The notes: generated by a model from the sequence alone, not told the origin. A stretch of 64,000 nucleotides of DNA from Actinomycetota bacterium (GCA_019348355.1 JAHWJP010000001.1:12752-76751); one strand, 5' to 3'; positions 47,876-58,579 are shown, numbered from the stretch's first letter. Made by a program: numbers and translations.

Positions 47876-50206
47876 TCATCGGTCCCGTCCGAGCACGACC
47901 AGGCGGCCGTTCCGGTGGGTCAGGGCGATGTCACCGTCGAGATCGGTACGGAACGACGCCGCCCCGTGGGCAACCAGCCGGCCGAGGATGTCCGCCGACG
48001 GGTGGCCGTAGCTGTTGTCGGCGCCGACCGAGGTGAGGACCACCGAGGCGCCGACGGCGTCGAGAAACGCCGGCTCCTGGTGGTCGCTGCCGTGGTGCGG
48101 GACCTTGAGCACGGTGGCCCGGATGTCGGCACTGCGGACGAGCAGGTCGCGTTGCGCCTCCGGCTCGATGTCGCCGGTCAGCAGCACCGTGGTCGGACCG
48201 ACCGAGACCCGCACGACCAGCGAGTTGTTGTTCGGGTCCGAGCTGGTACCGCGATAACGGCGAGCGGGCGCGACGACCTCCCACTGCAGGGCGCCGACCG
48301 CCCGCCGCTCGCGCAGGGCGGACCGCTGCAACGGCACGCCCGCCCGGGCCGCCTGCTCGACCACGTCGCGCTGCTGTTCCTCCGGGTCGTCGAGCGGCCC
48401 GATCACGACCGCACCGACGCTCCGGCCGCGCAGCACCCCGGGCAGGCCGTCGACGTGGTCGGCGTGCAGGTGGGTGAGCAGGACGAGCGGCACCTGGCGC
48501 ACCCCGAGCCGGCGAAGGCAGCCGTCTATCGCCGCCGGGTCGGGTCCGGCATCGACGACGATCGCGCTGCCGGAACCGGCGGACAGCACGACGGCATCAC
48601 CCTGCCCGACGTCGCATGCCACGAGGAACCAGCCCGGTGGCGGCCAGGTCGGCCGGGCCGCCGCGAGACCGGTCGTCGCGACGAGCACCCCGGTCGCGGC
48701 GGCGAGCAGGGCGAGCCGGGCCCGCCTGCGCGCGAGCGCCGGCAGGAGCGCGGCGGTCAGCGCCGCCAGCAGCAGCGCTCCCCAGAGCCCGTCCGGCCAC
48801 GGCACGGTGGCGCCGGGCAGCGAAGCACCGACCCGGGCGACCAGCACCAGCCAGGCGGTCGGCAACCAGCCGATCCAGGCCACCGCCTGCGCGGCCGGCA
48901 GCCAGACCGGCGCGAGCAGGGCCGCGAGCACCCCGGTCACCGTCGCCGGGGCGACCGCCGGAACGGCCAGCAGGTTGGCCGGCACCGACAGCAGGCCGAG
49001 CTGGGAGGAGATCGCCACGACCACCGGACCGCAGGCGACTTGCGCCGCGGCGGGGACGGCCAGCGCGTCGGCGAGCCAGCCCGGCATGTGCCTCGCCCAC
49101 CGCTCACGCCACGTCGGTGCGAGCACCAGCAGACCCGCGGTCGCGAGCACCGACAGCGCGAAGCCGGGGGTGGCCGCGAGATCCGGGTCGACCAGCACCA
49201 GGACCAGCACCGCAGTGGCCAGCGCCGGCATCGCCGCCCTGCGGTTGCCCGAGGACAGGGCGACCAGGGCGACCAGCCCCATCACCGCCGCCCGCAGGAC
49301 GCTCGGCGACGGACGCGCGAGCACCACGAAACCGGCGAGGGCGACGGCTGCCAGCACCGGGCTGGCCCGCAGTCCGACCCGTAACCGACGGCTGAGCAGC
49401 AGCACCGCGCCGACGACGATCGCGACGTTGGTGCCGGAGACGGCCGTCAGGTGCGTGAGCCCCACGGTCCGGAAGTCCTCCCGCACAGCAGGGTCCAGCT
49501 GGCTGGTGTCCCCGACCACCAGGCCCGGCAGCAGCCCCTGCTCCGCCGCCGGCAGCGGGTCGACGGCTCGGCGCAGCCCGGCCCGCAGGTGTCCTGCGGC
49601 CCGCTGAACGGTGCTGGGACCGGACAGCACCACCGGCGGACCGCGGCCGGAGAGCACGGCAGCGACGTCGTCTCCGCGCTCGGGTGGCCGCAGTCTTCCT
49701 TCGACCTGGACCCGCTGGCTGGGCAGCAGCGGCAGCCAGGCCGGGTCCGAAGTCAGCACCACGACCGGGGAACGAAGGCGGTACGTCCGGCCGGCCGTCC
49801 GCAGCACCTCGACACGCACCCGGGCGACGACCAGCTCGCGGTCGCCGCTCCCCGCCGCAGCTGGGCCCAGAGCCTTCCTCGGGTCGTCGAGCAGGACCGC
49901 CTCGACGGTGACGGCGGCCGCCCGGTCGGCAGCGGTCGCGAGCGGTCCGGTGCTGCGCGAGGCCGTGTGCAGCGCGGTCACGGTCGCCGACGCGGCAGAG
50001 CAGCCGAGCACGGCCACGAACACCAGCATCCGACCCCGGCGGTGCACACCGAGCAGCACGATCGCGAAGATCAGCATGACGCCCGCGGCACCGAAGAGCA
50101 CTCCCGGTGGGAGCAGCCGGCCCTGCCACGCCACGACCCACGCGGCGAGCGCCGGCGGGACGAGGCGCAGGTCGAGCCGCTCCGAGGCGTTCGGCAGCGC
50201 CGGCAT
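47876..50206 (-). CDS. comEC: ComEC/Rec2 family DNA internalisation channel protein
   Basis: Multi-TM competence domain plus a C-terminal metallo-beta-lactamase domain (LLTHLHADHVDG, PHHGS). Length 776 aa. Confidence 0.9.
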   Translation of the reverse strand: MPALPNASERLDLRLVPPALAAWVVAWQGRLLPPGVLFGAAGVMLIFAIVLLGVHRRGRMLVFVAVLGCSAASATVTALHTASRSTGPLATAADRAAAVTVEAVLLDDPRKALGPAAAGSGDRELVVARVRVEVLRTAGRTYRLRSPVVVLTSDPAWLPLLPSQRVQVEGRLRPPERGDDVAAVLSGRGPPVVLSGPSTVQRAAGHLRAGLRRAVDPLPAAEQGLLPGLVVGDTSQLDPAVREDFRTVGLTHLTAVSGTNVAIVVGAVLLLSRRLRVGLRASPVLAAVALAGFVVLARPSPSVLRAAVMGLVALVALSSGNRRAAMPALATAVLVLVLVDPDLAATPGFALSVLATAGLLVLAPTWRERWARHMPGWLADALAVPAAAQVACGPVVVAISSQLGLLSVPANLLAVPAVAPATVTGVLAALLAPVWLPAAQAVAWIGWLPTAWLVLVARVGASLPGATVPWPDGLWGALLLAALTAALLPALARRRARLALLAAATGVLVATTGLAAARPTWPPPGWFLVACDVGQGDAVVLSAGSGSAIVVDAGPDPAAIDGCLRRLGVRQVPLVLLTHLHADHVDGLPGVLRGRSVGAVVIGPLDDPEEQQRDVVEQAARAGVPLQRSALRERRAVGALQWEVVAPARRYRGTSSDPNNNSLVVRVSVGPTTVLLTGDIEPEAQRDLLVRSADIRATVLKVPHHGSDHQEPAFLDAVGASVVLTSVGADNSYGHPSADILGRLVAHGAASFRTDLDGDIALTHRNGRLVVLGRDR

Positions 50207-51045
50207 CAGACGGTGACCTTGGCCTCGAGATCGGCGTACTTCGCCTCGCCGATGCCGGTCACTTCACGCAACTGCTCGACGCTGTCGAAGCGGTCGTTCT
50301 CCGTGCGCCAGTCCACGATGCGCTGCGCCAGCACCGGACCGATGCCTGGTAGCGCGTCGAGGTCCGAGACGCTGGCGGTGTTCAAGTCGAGCAGGCCGCC
50401 CTGGGCGGCCGCTGCTGATGGGGTGGAGGCGCCCGGTGGCGGGTCGACTCCCACCAGCACCTGCTCGCCGTCGACGAGCTTGCGGGCGAGGTTCAGCAGG
50501 TCGGTGGAGGCGCCGGGCGTCGGTCCGCCGACCGCTGCCAGCGCATCGGCGACGCGGCTGCCCGCCGGCAGGCGGACGAGCCCGGGCCGCACGACCAGGC
50601 CGGCGACCGCGACGACCACCTCCGGCTGCTCGGCCGCGGGAGCTGCGGTGGTTCCCGGCAGCGGGACGCCGGCGTCGAGAACGGCGGGGACGACGACCTC
50701 CTGTGGCCGCCCCCGGAGGACCACCCCGCCCGCGACGACGGCCCCGAGCAGGGCGACCACGACCAGGGCCACCGCGCCGCGGCGACCGGGGTCGAACCGG
50801 CCGTTTCGCACGGCAGCGGGCAGCCACGCCGGGAGAGCGCGCGTCGCGGCGCCCGGCTCGCCGGCCCAGGATCGGGGTAGCAACTCCCCGCAGCTCTCAG
50901 CGGCCGGCGGGTCGGCCGGGTCGATGACGGGACCGTCCTCGTCGTCCTCGGGTGGCACCCAGCCACCCCCCACATGGGCCAGCAGTCCGCTGACGCGCTC
51001 CGCTGAATCCGCCGCCAGGGCGGCCGTGTCGGAGCGGAAGCGCAC
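50206..51045 (-). CDS. comEA: ComEA family DNA-binding protein
   Basis: N-terminal TM, SLBB-like region and C-terminal helix-hairpin-helix (LNTASVSDLDALPGIGPVLAQRIVDWR...LREVTGIGEAKYADL). Confidence 0.9.
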   Translation of the reverse strand: MRFRSDTAALAADSAERVSGLLAHVGGGWVPPEDDEDGPVIDPADPPAAESCGELLPRSWAGEPGAATRALPAWLPAAVRNGRFDPGRRGAVALVVVALLGAVVAGGVVLRGRPQEVVVPAVLDAGVPLPGTTAAPAAEQPEVVVAVAGLVVRPGLVRLPAGSRVADALAAVGGPTPGASTDLLNLARKLVDGEQVLVGVDPPPGASTPSAAAAQGGLLDLNTASVSDLDALPGIGPVLAQRIVDWRTENDRFDSVEQLREVTGIGEAKYADLEAKVTV

Positions 51046-51052
51046 GCTCCGG

Positions 51053-51058
51053 ACGGTA
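51053..51058 (-). promoter_or_regulatory. putative -10 hexamer (TACCGT) upstream of comEA
   Basis: TANNNT hexamer 7 nt upstream of GTG 51045. Confidence 0.3.
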
Positions 51059-51126
51059 GGCAGCCTCGGCGGCGCGCGGGGTGGGTCGGGCAGCAGCTGT
51101 GGACGGGCGGACCGGCCTGTGGACGG

Positions 51127-51696
51127 TCAGGCCTCGCCGGCGCGACGCAGAGCGAGGCGGCGCGTCAGGTTGGCCCGGTGCCGCACCAGGATGACGGCGG
51201 CGAGACCGAACGCCCACAGCACGTCCTCGCCGCGGACGAGCGCGATGCCGAGCACGGACAGTGCGGCAGCCACCGACGCCAGCGCGATCCAGCGCGAGGT
51301 GACCAGGACGGCGGCCCACACCAGGAGCACGACCGGCGCCCAGAGCGGCTGCGCGCCGAGTATCGCTCCGGCCGCCGTCGCGACGCCCTTACCGCCCCTG
51401 CCGCGCAGGAACGGTGACGTGACATGTCCGAGGACGGCGGCGAATCCGGCGAGCAGGCCGGCTCGGTGGTCGACCGCCCCGAAGGCCACCGCCGGGACCA
51501 GCCCCTTGAGCACATCGAGACCGGCGACCGTCAGGCCGGTACGCCGTCCCATCACCCGTCCGGCGTTGGTCGCGCCGGGGTTGCCCGACCCGACCTCGCG
51601 CAGGTCGACACCGCGCCGAGCGGCGATCAGCGTGGCCGGCGAGAGAGCGCCGGCCAGGTAGCCGACGAGCGCGGCGAGCAGCAGCAGGACGGTCAT
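51127..51696 (-). CDS. plsY: glycerol-3-phosphate acyltransferase PlsY (acyl-phosphate dependent)
   Basis: GSGNPGATNAGR signature, ...GKGVAT..., multi-TM, 189 aa. The ATG overlaps the degV stop (ATGA). Confidence 0.9.
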   Translation of the reverse strand: MTVLLLLAALVGYLAGALSPATLIAARRGVDLREVGSGNPGATNAGRVMGRRTGLTVAGLDVLKGLVPAVAFGAVDHRAGLLAGFAAVLGHVTSPFLRGRGGKGVATAAGAILGAQPLWAPVVLLVWAAVLVTSRWIALASVAAALSVLGIALVRGEDVLWAFGLAAVILVRHRANLTRRLALRRAGEA

Positions 51697-52541
51697 CGGC
51701 GCGAGACGACGACCCCGAGCAGGCCGGGGCCGACGTGTGCACCGACGACCGCGCCGACCTCGGACACGTGCATGGCGCCCAGCTGCTGGAGCCGCGCCGC
51801 CAGCCGTTCGGCGAGCGCCGCGGCCTTGTCGGCCGCCGCCAGGTGATGGACGGCGAGGTCCACCTGTCCGGTGCCGGACCGCTCTGCGGCGAGGGCTTCG
51901 AGCCGGGCCAACGCCTTCGACGCAGTGCGCACCTTCTCGAGCGGGGCGATCTGGCCGTCCGCGACGTGCAGCAGCGGCTTGACGGCCAGCGCCGTACCGA
52001 GAAGTGCTGCAGCAGCGCCTATCCGCCCACCCCGTCGAAGATGTTCCAGGGTGTCGACGTAGAACAGCGTGTCCGTGTCTGCGGCCGCCCGCGACGCCGC
52101 CGTGGCGACCGCCTCGAGGCCGCCCCCGTCGCGTGCCGCCCGGGCCGCCGCGAGCACGGCGAACCCGAGCCCCATCGCGATCGTCCGGCTGTCGACGACG
52201 CGCACCTCGATCCCGTCGCCGGCCACCTCGGCCGCCGCGAGGGTGGCCGCCTCGTGCGTCCCGGACAGCTCGGCGGACAGGTGCACCGACACCACCCGGG
52301 CCGCCGCCGTCGCGCGGTAGGCCGCGGCGAACTCCGCCGGCGTCGGACGCGACGTCGACACCTGCACCCGCCGCTCGGCGAGCGCCCCCGCGACGTCCCC
52401 TGGCGACACCTCGGCGCCTTCGGTACCGGTGCGGGTGCCGAGCACGACATGCAGCGGTACGACGCCGACGCCGTACGACGCAGCCATCCCTTCCGGCAGG
52501 TACGCCGTGCTGTCGGTGACCACGGCGACCTGCTGGCTCAT
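51693..52541 (-). CDS. DegV family (FakB-like) fatty-acid-binding protein
   Basis: VAVVTDSTAYLP..., ...STSRPTPAEF..., ...YVDTLEHLRRGGRIG... Start at ATG 52541. The upstream 200 codons of the track ORF were rejected. Confidence 0.9.
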   Translation of the reverse strand: MSQQVAVVTDSTAYLPEGMAASYGVGVVPLHVVLGTRTGTEGAEVSPGDVAGALAERRVQVSTSRPTPAEFAAAYRATAAARVVSVHLSAELSGTHEAATLAAAEVAGDGIEVRVVDSRTIAMGLGFAVLAAARAARDGGGLEAVATAASRAAADTDTLFYVDTLEHLRRGGRIGAAAALLGTALAVKPLLHVADGQIAPLEKVRTASKALARLEALAAERSGTGQVDLAVHHLAAADKAAALAERLAARLQQLGAMHVSEVGAVVGAHVGPGLLGVVVSRR

Positions 52542-52548
52542 GGCCGCG

Positions 52549-52554
52549 AGGCTA
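52549..52554 (-). promoter_or_regulatory. putative -10 hexamer (TAGCCT) of leaderless degV-plsY transcript
   Basis: TANNNT hexamer 7 nt upstream of ATG 52541. Confidence 0.4.
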
Positions 52555-52739
52555 ACGGCTCGGGACGCCACCCTGGGTCCCGCAACCTCGAGCCCTGGCG
52601 AATTGCCGGTGCCACAGCGCCGCGAGGCCTGCGACCAGTCGCGCCGGCCGCGTACTGAGTAGAACTGCTCATGGACGTTGCCGGATCGCGGGATCCAGCC
52701 TGAGCAGAGGCGACGTCGGTCGCCACGGAAGGACTGGCC

Positions 52740-53120
52740 ATGAGCGTCTCCCAGCGCGCGAACCTGCGCAGTGCCTACCTCTACCTCATCTGTCTCGTGA
52801 CGCTGGTGATGGTCATCTTCCCGGCGGTCAGCGCGGTGCGCAACATCGTGCAGCTGGCGTATCCCGACCCCGGCTACTTCGGGTACGAGCCGGCGTTCGC
52901 TCCTGACGGGAAGCAGAGCCGCCTCGACCCCGCTGAGGAGGAGCGCCGCAAGCAGGCAGCGCGCGACTCGCAGCAGCACCAGGCGGTCCTCGGCCTGGTC
53001 GGCTCCGGGACCATGCTGCTGATCGCAGGGCCGGCCTACCTGTACCACTGGCGCCGGGTGCAGTCCGAGACGATCGGGAGCCGACCCGCAGCCGACACCC
53101 CACAGGTGCAGCCGGTCTGA
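52740..53120 (+). CDS. hypothetical two-TM membrane protein
   Basis: AYLYLICLVTLVMVIFPAVSAV and VLGLVGSGTMLLIAGPAYLY helices flank a charged loop. GGAAGGA upstream. Confidence 0.55.
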   Translation: MSVSQRANLRSAYLYLICLVTLVMVIFPAVSAVRNIVQLAYPDPGYFGYEPAFAPDGKQSRLDPAEEERRKQAARDSQQHQAVLGLVGSGTMLLIAGPAYLYHWRRVQSETIGSRPAADTPQVQPV

Positions 53121-53144
53121 GTCCACGGCGAAGCGCACCCTGCC

Positions 53145-55628
53145 TCAGGCAGGAACGACGTTCACCAGCTTCGGTGCGCGTACGACCACCAGCTTCACGT
53201 CGCGACCGTCCAGCGCCGCGATGACCGCGTCGGAGGCGAGCGCCAGCGCGCGCAGGTCGTCCTCGGCGATGTCAGGCGGGACGACCAGCCGGTCGCGCAG
53301 CTTGCCGGCGACCTGCACGACACAAGTGACGGTGTCCTCGATGAGCAGGGCCGGGTCGGCGACCGGCCACGTCGTCGCGTGCACGGAGTCGCCGGCCTCG
53401 ACGTCATGACCGAGCCGGGACCAGACCTCCTCGGCGGTGTACGGCGCGAAGCAGCCGAGCATCACCGCCAGCGCCTCGACCCCGTCGCGCAGCGAGGCCG
53501 CCGCGGGATTCGCAGCGTCAACGGCCTTGCGCAGCGAGGAAGTCAGCTCCATGAACCGGGCGACCACGACGTTGAGCCGCTGCGCCTCGATCAGCCGGGT
53601 CACCTCGTCGACGGTCCTCGCGACCGCCCGGTCGACGGAGGCGTCACGGCCGGCTCCGGCCAGCCCGCCCACGTCCTCGGCCAGCCGGGCGACCCGGGCG
53701 AGGTACTTCACCGAGCCGGCGGGTGAGACGTCGGCCCAGTCGATGTCGTCCTCGGGCGGACCGGCGAACACCACCGTCAGCCGTACCGCGTCGACGCCGA
53801 AGCGGGACAGCTCCGCGCCCAGGTCGACGCCGTTGCCGAGCGACTTGCTCATGGCCTTGCCCTGGTTGATGACCTGGCCCTGGTTCATCAGCGCGAGGAA
53901 GGGCTCCGGGAAGTCGACCATCCCCATGTCCTGCAGGACCTTGGTGAAGAAGCGGCTGTAGAGCAGGTGCAGGATCGCGTGCTCGACCCCGCCGACGTAC
54001 TGCGCGACCGGCATCCACTCCCGGACGGCCGCGGGGTCGAACGGGCCGTCCTGGTAGTCCGGCGAGCAGAAGCGCAGGAAGTACCAGGACGAGTCGACGA
54101 AGGTGTCCATCGTGTCGGTGTCACGGGTCGCCGCTCCGCCGCAGGACGGGCATGTCGTGTTCACCCAGTCGGTCGCCGCACCGAGCGGCGACGTGCCGAC
54201 CGGCTTGAGCGCCGCGCCGCGCAGGTCAGGCAGCCGCACCGGCAGCTCGGATTCCGGGACCGCCACCTCGCCGCACGCCCCGCAGTGCACGACCGGGATC
54301 GGCGGCCCCCAGAATCGCTGCCGCGAGATCAGCCAGTCGCGCAACCGGAAGTTGACCGCGCCCTTTCCCCCGCCGCGCGTCTCGAGATCGGTGACGATCC
54401 GCGAGATCGCCTCGTCCTTTGGCAAGCCGTCGTACGGCCCACTGTTCACCACCACGCCATCACCGGTCGTCGCGACGCCGGACTCGGCCGGATCCGCTGC
54501 GCCGGTGTCGATGACCACCCGGACCGGCAGGCCGAAGGCGCGCGCGAAGTCCAGGTCGCGCTGGTCGTGCGCCGGCACCGCCATGATGGCGCCGGTGCCG
54601 TAGTCGGCCAGCACGTAATCCGCTGCATAGACAGGGATCTGCTTCCCGGTCACCGGGTTGAGCGCGGTGACACCGAGGTCGACGCCCGTCTTCTCCCGGT
54701 CGGTGGCCTGCCGGTCGATGTCGGACAGCCGGCGCACCTGGTCGCGATAGGCCTCCAGCGCCGCGCGCCGCTCAGGGGCACACAGCTCGAGTGCCAGCGG
54801 CGCGTCGGCGGCGACGACGAAGAACGTCGCGCCGTACAGGGTGTCGGGCCGGGTGGTGAACACCGTGACTGTCTGGCCGGAGACCTCGAAATCGACGTGC
54901 GCGCCCAGCGACTTGCCGATCCAGTTCTTCTGCATCAAGAGCACACGCTCGGGCCAGTGACCGCGCAGCTGCTCCATGTCGGCCAGCAGCCGATCGGCGT
55001 ACTCGGTCACCCGGAAGAACCACTGCGTCAGCTCGCGCTTGGTGACCTGCGCGCCGCACCGCTCGCACGCGCCCTGCACGACCTGCTCGTTGGCCAGCAC
55101 CGTCTGGTCCTGCGGGCACCAGTTGACCGCGCTGCTCTTGCGATAGGCCAGGCCGCGCTCGCGAAAGCGCAGGAACAGCCACTGCGTCCAGCGGTAGTAG
55201 TCCGGGTCGCTGGTGTGCAGCCGCCGCGTCCAGTCGAAGCTGATCGCGTAGCGCCGGAAGCTCTCGGCCTGCGTCTCGATGTTGGCGTAGGTGTAGGTCG
55301 CGGGGTGCTCGTCGCGCCGGATCGCGGCGTTCTCCGCCGGCAGCCCGAAGGAGTCCCAGCCGATCGGGTGCATGACATCGAAGCCGCGCCGCATCCAGTA
55401 GCGCGCGAGCACGTCGCACAGCCCGTACGCCTCGGCGTGACCCATGTGCAGGTCACCGCTGGGATAGGGGAACATGTCCAGGACGTACTTCTTGGCGGCG
55501 CCCCCTTCGACATTGCCGTCAGCCCGCCCGGCCCGGTAGAGGTCCAGGCGGTCCCACACCGGCAGCCAGCGCTCCTGCACCGCATGCGGGTCGTACGCCG
55601 CACGCTCCACGGGGACGTCGGTGGTCAT
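53145..55628 (-). CDS. leuS: leucine--tRNA ligase
   Basis: HMGHAEAY (HIGH), KMSKSLGN (KMSKS) and a CP1 editing domain. Start at ATG 55628. Confidence 0.97.
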   Translation of the reverse strand: MTTDVPVERAAYDPHAVQERWLPVWDRLDLYRAGRADGNVEGGAAKKYVLDMFPYPSGDLHMGHAEAYGLCDVLARYWMRRGFDVMHPIGWDSFGLPAENAAIRRDEHPATYTYANIETQAESFRRYAISFDWTRRLHTSDPDYYRWTQWLFLRFRERGLAYRKSSAVNWCPQDQTVLANEQVVQGACERCGAQVTKRELTQWFFRVTEYADRLLADMEQLRGHWPERVLLMQKNWIGKSLGAHVDFEVSGQTVTVFTTRPDTLYGATFFVVAADAPLALELCAPERRAALEAYRDQVRRLSDIDRQATDREKTGVDLGVTALNPVTGKQIPVYAADYVLADYGTGAIMAVPAHDQRDLDFARAFGLPVRVVIDTGAADPAESGVATTGDGVVVNSGPYDGLPKDEAISRIVTDLETRGGGKGAVNFRLRDWLISRQRFWGPPIPVVHCGACGEVAVPESELPVRLPDLRGAALKPVGTSPLGAATDWVNTTCPSCGGAATRDTDTMDTFVDSSWYFLRFCSPDYQDGPFDPAAVREWMPVAQYVGGVEHAILHLLYSRFFTKVLQDMGMVDFPEPFLALMNQGQVINQGKAMSKSLGNGVDLGAELSRFGVDAVRLTVVFAGPPEDDIDWADVSPAGSVKYLARVARLAEDVGGLAGAGRDASVDRAVARTVDEVTRLIEAQRLNVVVARFMELTSSLRKAVDAANPAAASLRDGVEALAVMLGCFAPYTAEEVWSRLGHDVEAGDSVHATTWPVADPALLIEDTVTCVVQVAGKLRDRLVVPPDIAEDDLRALALASDAVIAALDGRDVKLVVVRAPKLVNVVPA

Positions 55629-55636
55629 GCGCGCCG

Positions 55637-55642
55637 ATGCTA
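55637..55642 (-). promoter_or_regulatory. putative -10 hexamer (TAGCAT) upstream of leuS
   Basis: TANNNT hexamer 8 nt upstream of ATG 55628. Confidence 0.3.
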
Positions 55643-55685
55643 GCCGGGGCGGGTTCACGACCCGACCGGGTTTCCGTCGCGCAAC

Positions 55686-55691
55686 TAGGCT
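55686..55691 (+). promoter_or_regulatory. putative -10 hexamer (TAGGCT) of leaderless TerD-family gene
   Basis: TANNNT hexamer 6 nt upstream of ATG 55698. Confidence 0.4.
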
Positions 55692-55697
55692 GGCCAC

Positions 55698-56831
55698 ATG
55701 CAGGAGCTCTCCCGTGGCGCGAACTGCCCGGTCCCCTCACCGGTCGTGACCGTGTCCGTCGCCTGCGCCTCACCGGTGGACGTCTCGGCGCTCCTGGTCG
55801 CTGCCACCGGCAAGGTCCGGTCCGATGCCGACCTCGTCTTCTACAACAACAACACCGGGCCGGGCGTGAGCTATCTGCCGGCCGCGAGCGGACCGCGCGG
55901 CGTGGATGCGATCCGCGTCGACACCACCCTCGTACCGCCTGAGATCGAGAAGGTCGTCATCACAGCGAGTCTGGACGGCTCCGGACCGGCCAGCTTCGCG
56001 CAGGCCGGCAGCATGGTCATCACCGTCCTCGACGGCGCCGGCACCGATGTGGTGCGCGCCGAGCTGACCGGCCTCACCAGCGAGGTCGCGCTGATCTGCG
56101 CCGAGGTCTACCGCCGCAACGGGGCGTGGAAGATCCGGGCGGTCGGGCAGGGCTTCGACAACGGGCTGGCCGGCATCGCCACCGAGTTCGGCATCGAGGT
56201 GGAGGCCGAGGCGCCCGCGGCGCCGGTGGTCGCCACCCCCACGACGGCGAAGGTCAACCTGGACAAGGGCCGGGTGTCACTGCACAAGAACCAGACCGTG
56301 TCGCTGGTCAAGACCGGAGCGCCTGCGCTGACCCGGGTCGCGATGGGACTCGGCTGGGACCCGCTGGAGGGGTGGGGGAACATCGACCTGGACGCCTCCG
56401 TCATCGCTTTCGACGCCAAGGGCCAGGACGTCGACATGGTGTGGTTCATGGCCAAACAGGGCTGTCAGGGGGCGATCCGGCACTCCGGTGACAACCTGAC
56501 CGGCGAGGGCGAGGGGGACGACGAGGTCATCCTCGTCGACCTGGACAAGCTCCCGGCCGCCGTCGCCGCGCTGGTGTTCACCGTCAACAGCTTCGGCGGC
56601 CAGAAGTTCACCGCCGTTCGCAACGCCTACTGCCGGTTGCTCGACGTCACCGGCAAGGCGCAGAGCGAGCTGGTCCGCTTCGAGCTGAGCGACAGCCAGC
56701 CGGAGACCGGCGTGCTCATGTGCAAGCTGGTCCGCCAGGCGGACGGCAGCTGGTCGATGACGGCGCTCGGCACGTACGCCGACAGCCGGACGGTCCGCAA
56801 GATGGTCGGCCCGGCCCGCGCGGCGCTCTGA
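55698..56831 (+). CDS. tandem TerD-domain stress protein
   Basis: Two TerD-like halves. The second carries the Ca-binding signature [25 protein letters not shown] and ...VNSFGGQKF... Confidence 0.85.
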   Translation: MQELSRGANCPVPSPVVTVSVACASPVDVSALLVAATGKVRSDADLVFYNNNTGPGVSYLPAASGPRGVDAIRVDTTLVPPEIEKVVITASLDGSGPASFAQAGSMVITVLDGAGTDVVRAELTGLTSEVALICAEVYRRNGAWKIRAVGQGFDNGLAGIATEFGIEVEAEAPAAPVVATPTTAKVNLDKGRVSLHKNQTVSLVKTGAPALTRVAMGLGWDPLEGWGNIDLDASVIAFDAKGQDVDMVWFMAKQGCQGAIRHSGDNLTGEGEGDDEVILVDLDKLPAAVAALVFTVNSFGGQKFTAVRNAYCRLLDVTGKAQSELVRFELSDSQPETGVLMCKLVRQADGSWSMTALGTYADSRTVRKMVGPARAAL

Positions 56832-56846
56832 GACGAGGAGTTCACG

Positions 56847-58574
56847 GTGACAGCTCTCCGCACGGTCCCGGCCGGCGCGCCGGCGGAGCACGTCGACGTG
56901 GTCGTCGTCGGCAGCGGCTTCGGCGGCAGCGTCGCCGCCCTGCGGCTGACCGAGAAGGGCTACCGGGTGTTGGTGCTGGAGGCCGGCCGACGTTTCACCG
57001 AGGCGAGCCTGCCGCGTACGTCCTGGAACGTCCGAGGGTTCCTCTGGGCACCGTGGCTGGGGTTGCGGGGCATCCAGCGCATCAGCCGGGTCGGCAAAGT
57101 CCTGGTGCTGGCGGGCGCCGGCGTCGGCGGTGGCTCGCTCAACTACGCCAACACCCTCTACCAGCCACCGGCCCCGTTCTACCGGGACCGGCAGTGGGGG
57201 CACATCACCGACTGGAAGGACGAGCTCGACCCCTGGTACGACCAGGCCCGCCGCATGCTGGGCGTCGTGCAGAACCCGACCTTGACCGAGGCCGACAGGG
57301 TGATGCGCGCGGTCGCCGAGGACATGGGTGTGGGGAGCACCTTCCAGCTCACCCCGGTCGGGGTCTTCTTCGGTCGCGGGGACACCCAGGAGCCAGGCGT
57401 GACGGTGCCCGATCCCTACTTCGGCGGCGCCGGGCCGGAGCGCACCGGGTGCGTCCAGTGCGGGTCCTGCATGACCGGTTGCCGGGTCGGCGCCAAGAAC
57501 ACTCTCGTCAAGAACTACCTCCACCTCGCGGAGCGAGCCGGGGCAACGATCCGCCCGGACACCACCGTCGTTCGTGTACGGCCGGTTCCGGCCGGCGGAT
57601 ACGCGGTCGACACCCGCCCCACCGGGGTGGGACCACGGCGCACCAGGACGGTCACCGCTGACCAGGTCGTGCTGGCCGCCGGCACGCTCGGCACCCAGCG
57701 CCTGCTCCACCGGATGCGCGACGCGGGCATCCTGCCGCACCTCTCGCCGCGGCTCGGGGTGCTGACCCGCACCAACTCCGAGTCCCTGCTGGGGGCGCAG
57801 ACCCGGACGGTGACGAGGAACTTCAGCCGTGGGGTGGCGATCACCTCGTCGTTCCACCCCGATGCCGAGACGCACATCGAGCCGGTCCGGTACGGGAAGG
57901 GCAGCAACCTGATGGGGCTGCTCCAGACGGTGATGACCGACGGCGGGGGCCGCGCGCCCCGCTGGGTCAAGGCGCTGCGCGAGATCCGGAAGAATCCCGG
58001 CGTCTTCCTGTCCACGCTCGATGCGCGCCGCTGGTCCGAGCGGACCATCATCGCCCTGGTCATGCAGACCAAAGACAACTCGATCACCACGTTCACCCGT
58101 CGGGGCAGGCTCACGGCCCGGCAGGGTCACGGGGAGCCCAACCCGGACTGGATCCCGGTCGGCAACGAGGCCGCCCGGCGCATGGCGGACAAGATCGGCG
58201 GCTATCCCGGCGGCACCATCGGTGAGCTCGCCAACATCCCCATGACGGCGCACTTCCTCGGCGGCTGCGCCATCGGCGACGCACCCGAGACCGGTGTGGT
58301 GGATGCCTACCACCGGGTCTACGGACACCCGGACCTGCACATCGTCGACGGCTCGACCGTCTCGGCCAACCTCGGCGTCAACCCCTCCCTCACCATCACG
58401 GCGCAGGCCGAGCGGGCGATGTCGCTGTGGCCGAACAAGGGCGAGGCGGATCCCCGGCCGGGACTCGGCGCCGCCTACCGGCGGATCGCCGCGGTGGCGC
58501 CCCGGACCCCGAGCGTGCCAGCGAGCGCGCCCGCCGCCCTGCGGCGGGTGTCAGCGGTGCGGCTCGGCCGCTGA
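56847..58574 (+). CDS. GMC family FAD oxidoreductase (cholesterol-oxidase-like)
   Basis: VVVGSGFGGSVAALRLTEKGYRVLVLEAG (FAD GxGxxG) and C-terminal ...HFLGGCAIG...YGHPDLHIVDGS... GTG with GAGGAG upstream. Confidence 0.9.
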   Translation: MTALRTVPAGAPAEHVDVVVVGSGFGGSVAALRLTEKGYRVLVLEAGRRFTEASLPRTSWNVRGFLWAPWLGLRGIQRISRVGKVLVLAGAGVGGGSLNYANTLYQPPAPFYRDRQWGHITDWKDELDPWYDQARRMLGVVQNPTLTEADRVMRAVAEDMGVGSTFQLTPVGVFFGRGDTQEPGVTVPDPYFGGAGPERTGCVQCGSCMTGCRVGAKNTLVKNYLHLAERAGATIRPDTTVVRVRPVPAGGYAVDTRPTGVGPRRTRTVTADQVVLAAGTLGTQRLLHRMRDAGILPHLSPRLGVLTRTNSESLLGAQTRTVTRNFSRGVAITSSFHPDAETHIEPVRYGKGSNLMGLLQTVMTDGGGRAPRWVKALREIRKNPGVFLSTLDARRWSERTIIALVMQTKDNSITTFTRRGRLTARQGHGEPNPDWIPVGNEAARRMADKIGGYPGGTIGELANIPMTAHFLGGCAIGDAPETGVVDAYHRVYGHPDLHIVDGSTVSANLGVNPSLTITAQAERAMSLWPNKGEADPRPGLGAAYRRIAAVAPRTPSVPASAPAALRRVSAVRLGR

Positions 58575-58579
58575 GGCCG

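Noticed and set aside
51097-51126. 30-nt motif CTGTGGACGGGCGGACCGGCCTGTGGACGG, 26/30 identical to 40205-40234; both sit just 3' of minus-strand stop codons
   Set aside because: My rough estimate with GC-biased base frequencies gives about one such pair by chance in this window. The positional coincidence is intriguing, but I cannot separate it from background without a genome-wide count.
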